A stretch of DNA of 64,000 nucleotides from Chrysomallon squamiferum (Eukaryota > Animalia > Mollusca), in the NCBI GenBank assembly GCA_012295275.1, contig CM022674.1, positions 3,410,001 through 3,474,000 on the forward strand. The letters run 5' to 3'. Below the pieces are notes generated by a model. It was not told the origin of the DNA. It made no database searches and saw only the letters and a list, made by a program, of their open reading frames with translations. The translations under genes were made by a program, and so were the position numbers. This document shows positions 53,342-64,000 of this stretch, piece by piece; within the stretch, counting starts at the first letter, position 1, and every line of letters starts with the position of its first letter.

Positions 53342-54820
53342 ATTATATACGTGCGTGTGTGTGTTTCTGTATATATGTATATATAAAATACATACAGATA
53401 GACAAACATACAGACAGACAGATAGATCGATAAATATAAATATAACGGTCAAATATTTTTTTTTGTTCTTGTTATTATCATTATTATTAATAATAATATT
53501 ACTATTTGCATTTATTATCCTTTTGCTATTTATTGTCTTTGTATCTCTAATAGTAACTTTTCTGTACATATTTTCTCATTACTGCATAATTAAGCAACTT
53601 GTTTGTAAATTAATTCATTCTATCTGAAGTTTTCAGTTGATATAATCATTATAAAAACTTAAGGTTAAATGCATTTTGATGAAAGTGAAAACTTTCATAA
53701 CTACCCGATGCGTATGCATAGATATGTAAAAATTAATAATTATATATTCATATATATAGGGACACACACATAGGCATTGTTTATTTAATTTTTTTTATTT
53801 TTATTTTTTGCAAATATTGTACGTGCAGGCAAGATATGATGACTAGATAAATTGCTGTCCTTTACACACATACGCACGCACAGACGCACACAATCACACA
53901 CAGACACATATTTGTTACAGACTAACATTATACAGAAATTCATTACAAAAATCATATTCGATTTGTGGCACTCTGTTAATATTTCGGTCATTCGTTCGTT
54001 TGTTCTTCTTTTCGAACATTCGTTCTTTCATTGATATGTCGTCATCTCTTTCCTTTCGTTTCAGACGAACTCTGGTAGATAACTTTGTGGCAACCAATGA
54101 CTTAGTGACGTAAATTTGATCCACGTAAACACAGTACTATTATTACGTTTGTGAGTCTGCAGTACTAACTTTTTGACTGACTAATACGAGTTGATTTCTG
54201 AATCCTTGTTAACTCTTGAAAGTAACATTTATATTTCTGGTGTGTGAAGATATCACCTTGTATCGTATTGTAATTTCTATCGTATCATAGTATCGATGTA
54301 GTATATAGGAGACATTTAGTCAGAGGTGTAGAAGAATAACGTAAACGAAAATAATTAGGGGTGTGTTTATACTTCAAACAGTCAGATTAATAATATATAA
54401 TTAATTATAAAGTTTTGAGAATATTTCGCTGCAATAATTTACAAAATTTAACTATACTTATGACCCAGAAAAGAACATATTATTAATTGAATAACACTCA
54501 GAATGTATATTTTGTAATAAATTTTCTAATGATTTTCAAAAGATTTGTGTTATATGTTAAAAATGTCGTTGCTTATTTCTCAACATGGAGAAATAAGAAA
54601 TGTCTGTGTTTGTGCATTATGTTGTTTTTGCTTTGTTTGAGTTTTTCTCTTATTTGTGTTTCTTTTTCTTTTCTTTTTGTTTTTCTTCTGAGCTGATTTT
54701 CGGGATTCTCGGAGATTTGTTTCGTATTGTTTTGGGTCTTCTGGTATAATTTTATTGTTGTAATTTTCTCTTTTTTTCTTTTTTTTTTCTTTATTAATAT
54801 TATTATCACTAGTATTATTA

Positions 54821-54852
<32 letters not shown>

Positions 54853-55070
54853 GTTGTTGTTATTGTTGTTATTTATTTATTATTTTACTTTATTGTAAAG
54901 TGAAGAGTAAAACTTTGAACTGGATGTAAGAAATAAAACACACAAGTAATTAACATTTGCATCTAGACGTTAACGTCACGTTTTAAAACATATCTTGGAT
55001 GTCGACGTAATGTCAATATACGCAAATAAAACGGCGATTTCGAATTAACAGTTCACATAATAACAATAAC

Positions 55071-55121
<51 letters not shown>

Positions 55122-56125
55122 TAAATTGTACACAATTGTTTTAACAGTCAGAAATCTATGATGTAAAGATTCTAAAAGAAATACAATTTCGTATGGTTCC
55201 TTCTTCTGAGCATACCTACTAAAACACAGCTTCTCTAGGAACTGTGGCATAAAGAAAATGGCAGAAATAAGGGTACGTGAATGTGTTTTGAAGCCACGTT
55301 CGTACGTCATAAATAATGCTATCTAAATATTCTTTAAGCGGAAAAGAAAAATCTTCATATAACAGCTTAATTAATTTTCTGGGAACTTTTTTCAGCAGAA
55401 TCCACAATGCAGCTGAAGGTTATGTTATACTACATTCTAAAACACTTAAGATTTTAAAATAATAATAATAATAATAAAATTAAAAAAAAGCTTGAAAGCT
55501 AATTTCACGGAATATCTAGAATGTGAGATAAGCACTAGTAAAATGTAAGCCTGAAGGTTTATCCGCCAACTAAATATCAACAGAATAGTTGTTAGAAAGC
55601 AGAAATAGAGGAAAGGCAAACATTAAAAAATTAAAAAACAAGAAAATCAAAACACAATAGAAACAAGAAAGGAAAACAAAAAGTAGAAACCAAAAAAAAA
55701 TAACAAAATAAAACAACAAGAAAAATGAGATCCAAACAAACAATAGAAACAACAAAATAAAAAAACAAAAAACGACCAAAAATAAATAAAATTATAAAAA
55801 TAATAATAATAATAAAGAATATCTAATCACGAGAACAAGTATGAATAGCAAACAGCCAAGGGAAAGAACTCTCTTTCAACAGTATCTTGCTTGAGTTATT
55901 TCGCTTACTTTTTTTTTTTAAGCACGTGTTTGATTAAAGTTTCCTTAACTATATTTTGTTGTCAGGCTCGCGGGGTCTTTTAAATTCTGTGTGAACGTGA
56001 AAGTCCTATGGTTATGTTTTTCCGCTTTGAAATAATAGCGTCTGCGATCGGATCCTGCTAACGGCATGTTCTGATAAATGAATGTAAAACTGCAACACTT
56101 GTACATTATTGAACAAATTTTGATT

Positions 56126-56215
<90 letters not shown>

Positions 56216-57109
56216 AAAACCACGTTAAAACGTCATAAATCATTATATGTAAATATTCGTTAACGCGAAAAATACAACTCGTCATATAACTGTTTATTTA
56301 AGTTTCATTGAAACTTGATCAGCAGAATCCATGCTCCAGCTGAAGTACATGCTACGCAACACTCTAAAACATTTCAAGCTTTAAAAAATCCTCTCACGCT
56401 AATTTCACGGAATATCTTGTCTGAAATTAGCATCAAGAAAATGTAAGGCTCAACGTTTATCTGCCACCTGAATATTAACGTAATAATTGCTATAAAGAAC
56501 AAAATAAGAAATAGAAGAAAGAGAATAAAATAAATAAATAAATAAATAATAAAGAAAATACAAAGAAAATAAAATAAAAAACCAAAAAAAACTACAAATA
56601 GGAAAAATAGGAATACGAAACCGTCAAGGGAAACAATTCTCGTGGAACTGTATCTTGCTAGAGTTATTGCGCTTACTTTATCAAACCGTGCTGTTCATAG
56701 TTTCTGTAATTATATTTTGTTCTGAGGTTCGCAACTTAATTAAAATTCTGTTAAACTGAAAGCTGTTGTGGTTACGTCTTTTGCTTTTAAATAATAGTTT
56801 CTGTGATCGGATCCTATTAATGGCTACTCTCATAGCTAATTATATCTAACAGATACAACACTTGTACATTAATAAAGAAAGTTTATCTCTGTGACACTTT
56901 AACATACTCTGCTGCCTCATTCATGAACTGGGTAAAATTCTGTGTATATCTGAACGTGGAAGCTTCATGGCTACGTCTTGCGTTTTTGAGTAATAGCTTC
57001 GCTATAACAATATCACATACTAACACTAATCCAGTGTTGGCCACATAATACAAGTTGGTGTAAGAAAGTTTCAAATGACTGAGTGGCCCGGACTCAAATG
57101 AATCAAACA

Positions 57110-57171
<62 letters not shown>

Positions 57172-57172
57172 T

Positions 57173-57204
<32 letters not shown>

Positions 57205-58264
57205 TTACTACTACTACCACTGCTACTACTACTACTACTAGAACTACTACTACTACTACTAATAATAATAATAATAATAGTAGTAATAATAATAACAACA
57301 ATAATAATAATAATAGTGATAATAATAATAATAATAATAATTTTACTCTACACAATACAATAGAGAGAAGAAATGAATAAAAAAACAATATCAACAGCAA
57401 CAACAACAGCAGCAACAGCATCTACAACAACAACAGCAACAGCAATAATAATAATAAGAAGAAGAAGAAAAAGAAAGACAATAAGAAGAAATACAAATAA
57501 TAGCCAAAACAAAACGAAGGACAAACAACACATTGCACTAACATAGACATTTCTTCTTTCTCCGTGTTAACAAAAAAATAACACAAATCTTTTGAAAATC
57601 ATTAGAAAATTTATTACAAAATATAAATTCTGAGTGTTAATCAAATAATTTTTTTTTTTTCTTTTCTGGGTCATAATTATAGTTAAATGTGGTAAATTAT
57701 TTTTTCGAAATATTCTCAAAACTTTATAATTCATTATATTTCATTAATGTGAATATTTAAAGTAAAAACACACCAATTATTATTATCCTTCATGTTATTC
57801 TTCTAAATCTCTGCATAAATATTTCCTATATAATACATCATATATTATAATACGATACAAAATACAATACAAATCAAGATGATATCTTCACAGACCAGCC
57901 AATAAATGTTACTTTCATGGAATTAAAAAGGACTCAGAAATCATCTTGTATTAGTCAATAAAAAGTTAATGTAAAAAAACAACACAATACAAGATGATAT
58001 CTTCACAGACCAGAAATATCAATGTTACTTTCGTGGAAATAACAAGGACTCAGAAATCATCTTGTATTAGTCAATAAAAAGTTAGTACTGCAGAATCACA
58101 AAAGTAGTAATAGTGCTGAGTTTACGTGGAGCAAATTTACGTCACTAAGTCATTGATGATGACAAAGTTATCCATCAGGATTCACCTGAAACGAAAAGAA
58201 AGAGATGATGTCATAGCAATGAAAGAATTAATGTTCGTCATGAAGGGAAGAGCAAAGAGTGTCA

Positions 58265-58516
58265 CAAATAGAATACAACATTTATAATGAAAATAGAATA
58301 TAACATTTATAATTAAAACAGAATATAACATTTGTAATGAAAATAGAATAAAACATTTGTAACGAAAACAGAATATAACATTTGTAATGAAAATAGAATA
58401 AAACGTTTCTAACGAAAAGAGAATAAAACGTTTGTAACGAAAACAGAATATAACGTTTGTAACGAAAACAGAATATAACATTTATAATGAAAATAGAATA
58501 TAACATTTGTAATGAA
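58265..58516. repeat. 25-bp minisatellite, about 10 copies
   Basis: Consensus aacatttgtaa(t/c)gaaaa(t/c)agaatat repeated in tandem. Confidence 0.92.
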
Positions 58517-59179
58517 TTTCTATATAACGTTAGTTTGTAATAAGTGTGTTTGTTCTTGTGTTCGTGTGCGGGTGTGCATGCATGCTTGTATTAAATACAG
58601 AAATTTATCTAGTCAGTATATCTTGCCTCCACGTACAATATTTGTCAAAAAAACAACCAATAAAACATTATGTCTATTTATATACGAGTGTTTGACTATA
58701 TATATGAATATATAATTATGTATGTTTACGCATCCATGCATGCGCATCGGGTAGAAAGACTTCCAGTGCTTTTCTAAGTGATGAAAGTTTTCGCTTTATC
58801 AAAAATGCATTTAACTTAAGTTTTTATAACGATTATATCAACTGAAAACTTTAGATAGAAAGAATTAATTTCGAAACCTAGAAAAAAGTTTAGTAAAAAA
58901 GTTTTCATTTGAAAACAAGTTGCCTAATTATGAAGTAATCAGAGAATATGCTAACAAAATGTTACTAATAGAGATACAAAGAGAATGAATAGCAAGAGGA
59001 TAATAAATAAATAAATAAATACACATTAGAAGAAGAAAAAACATTTCGATAATTTTTCAGCTTCTGCTTAAGGACAAAGACTTTTTAAATGTGTCAACCT
59101 AACAGAATCTCGTTCCCAATTGTAATTAATATTTGTTTAACCAAAACTGTTTCATTTACATTTTAATACGTACAAGTTT

Positions 59180-63806
<4,627 letters not shown>

Positions 63807-63957
63807 CTTACAAATAGAAATAACAAAAACTCTATAAATCTCTATATGTATATATCTATAAAACTATAGTGTATATCAATTAATCATCAAAGAAACAAAC
63901 AAACAAAAAGGAAACCTGAGCTATATATATATATATACATACATATATATTTATATA

Positions 63958-64000
<43 letters not shown>

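Overview
AT-rich, microsatellite-dense animal DNA. Its composition resembles coleoid cephalopod or similar large invertebrate genomes (inference only). Almost every ORF in the supplied track is a simple-repeat artefact. Manual splicing reveals five paralogous multi-exon genes of an unrecognised family: genes 1-3 on +, genes 4-5 on -. The shared plan is a TATA/Inr promoter, a 46-nt signal-peptide exon (M[AG]KLVIFLA[LV]LVF[AG]T), repeated ~90-aa 8-cysteine modules (C-x10-C-x8/16-C-x5/6-C-x8-C-x9-C-x18-C-x8-C), each encoded by three exons with intron phases 1-2-1-1, and a last exon encoding a GPI-anchor-like signal. The paralogs differ in module number. One lacks an exon, one has a premature stop, and one has lost the anchor and should be secreted. 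Recently duplicated exons differ mostly by amino-acid changes. Gene 3 is preceded by five tandem copies of its promoter plus signal exon, and gene 4 lies in the loop of a nested inverted repeat. The window also contains a broken Gmr1-like Ty3/Gypsy retrotransposon, Tc1/mariner and pogo/Tigger remnants, a 2.7-kb (GA)-rich tract and a 25-bp minisatellite.
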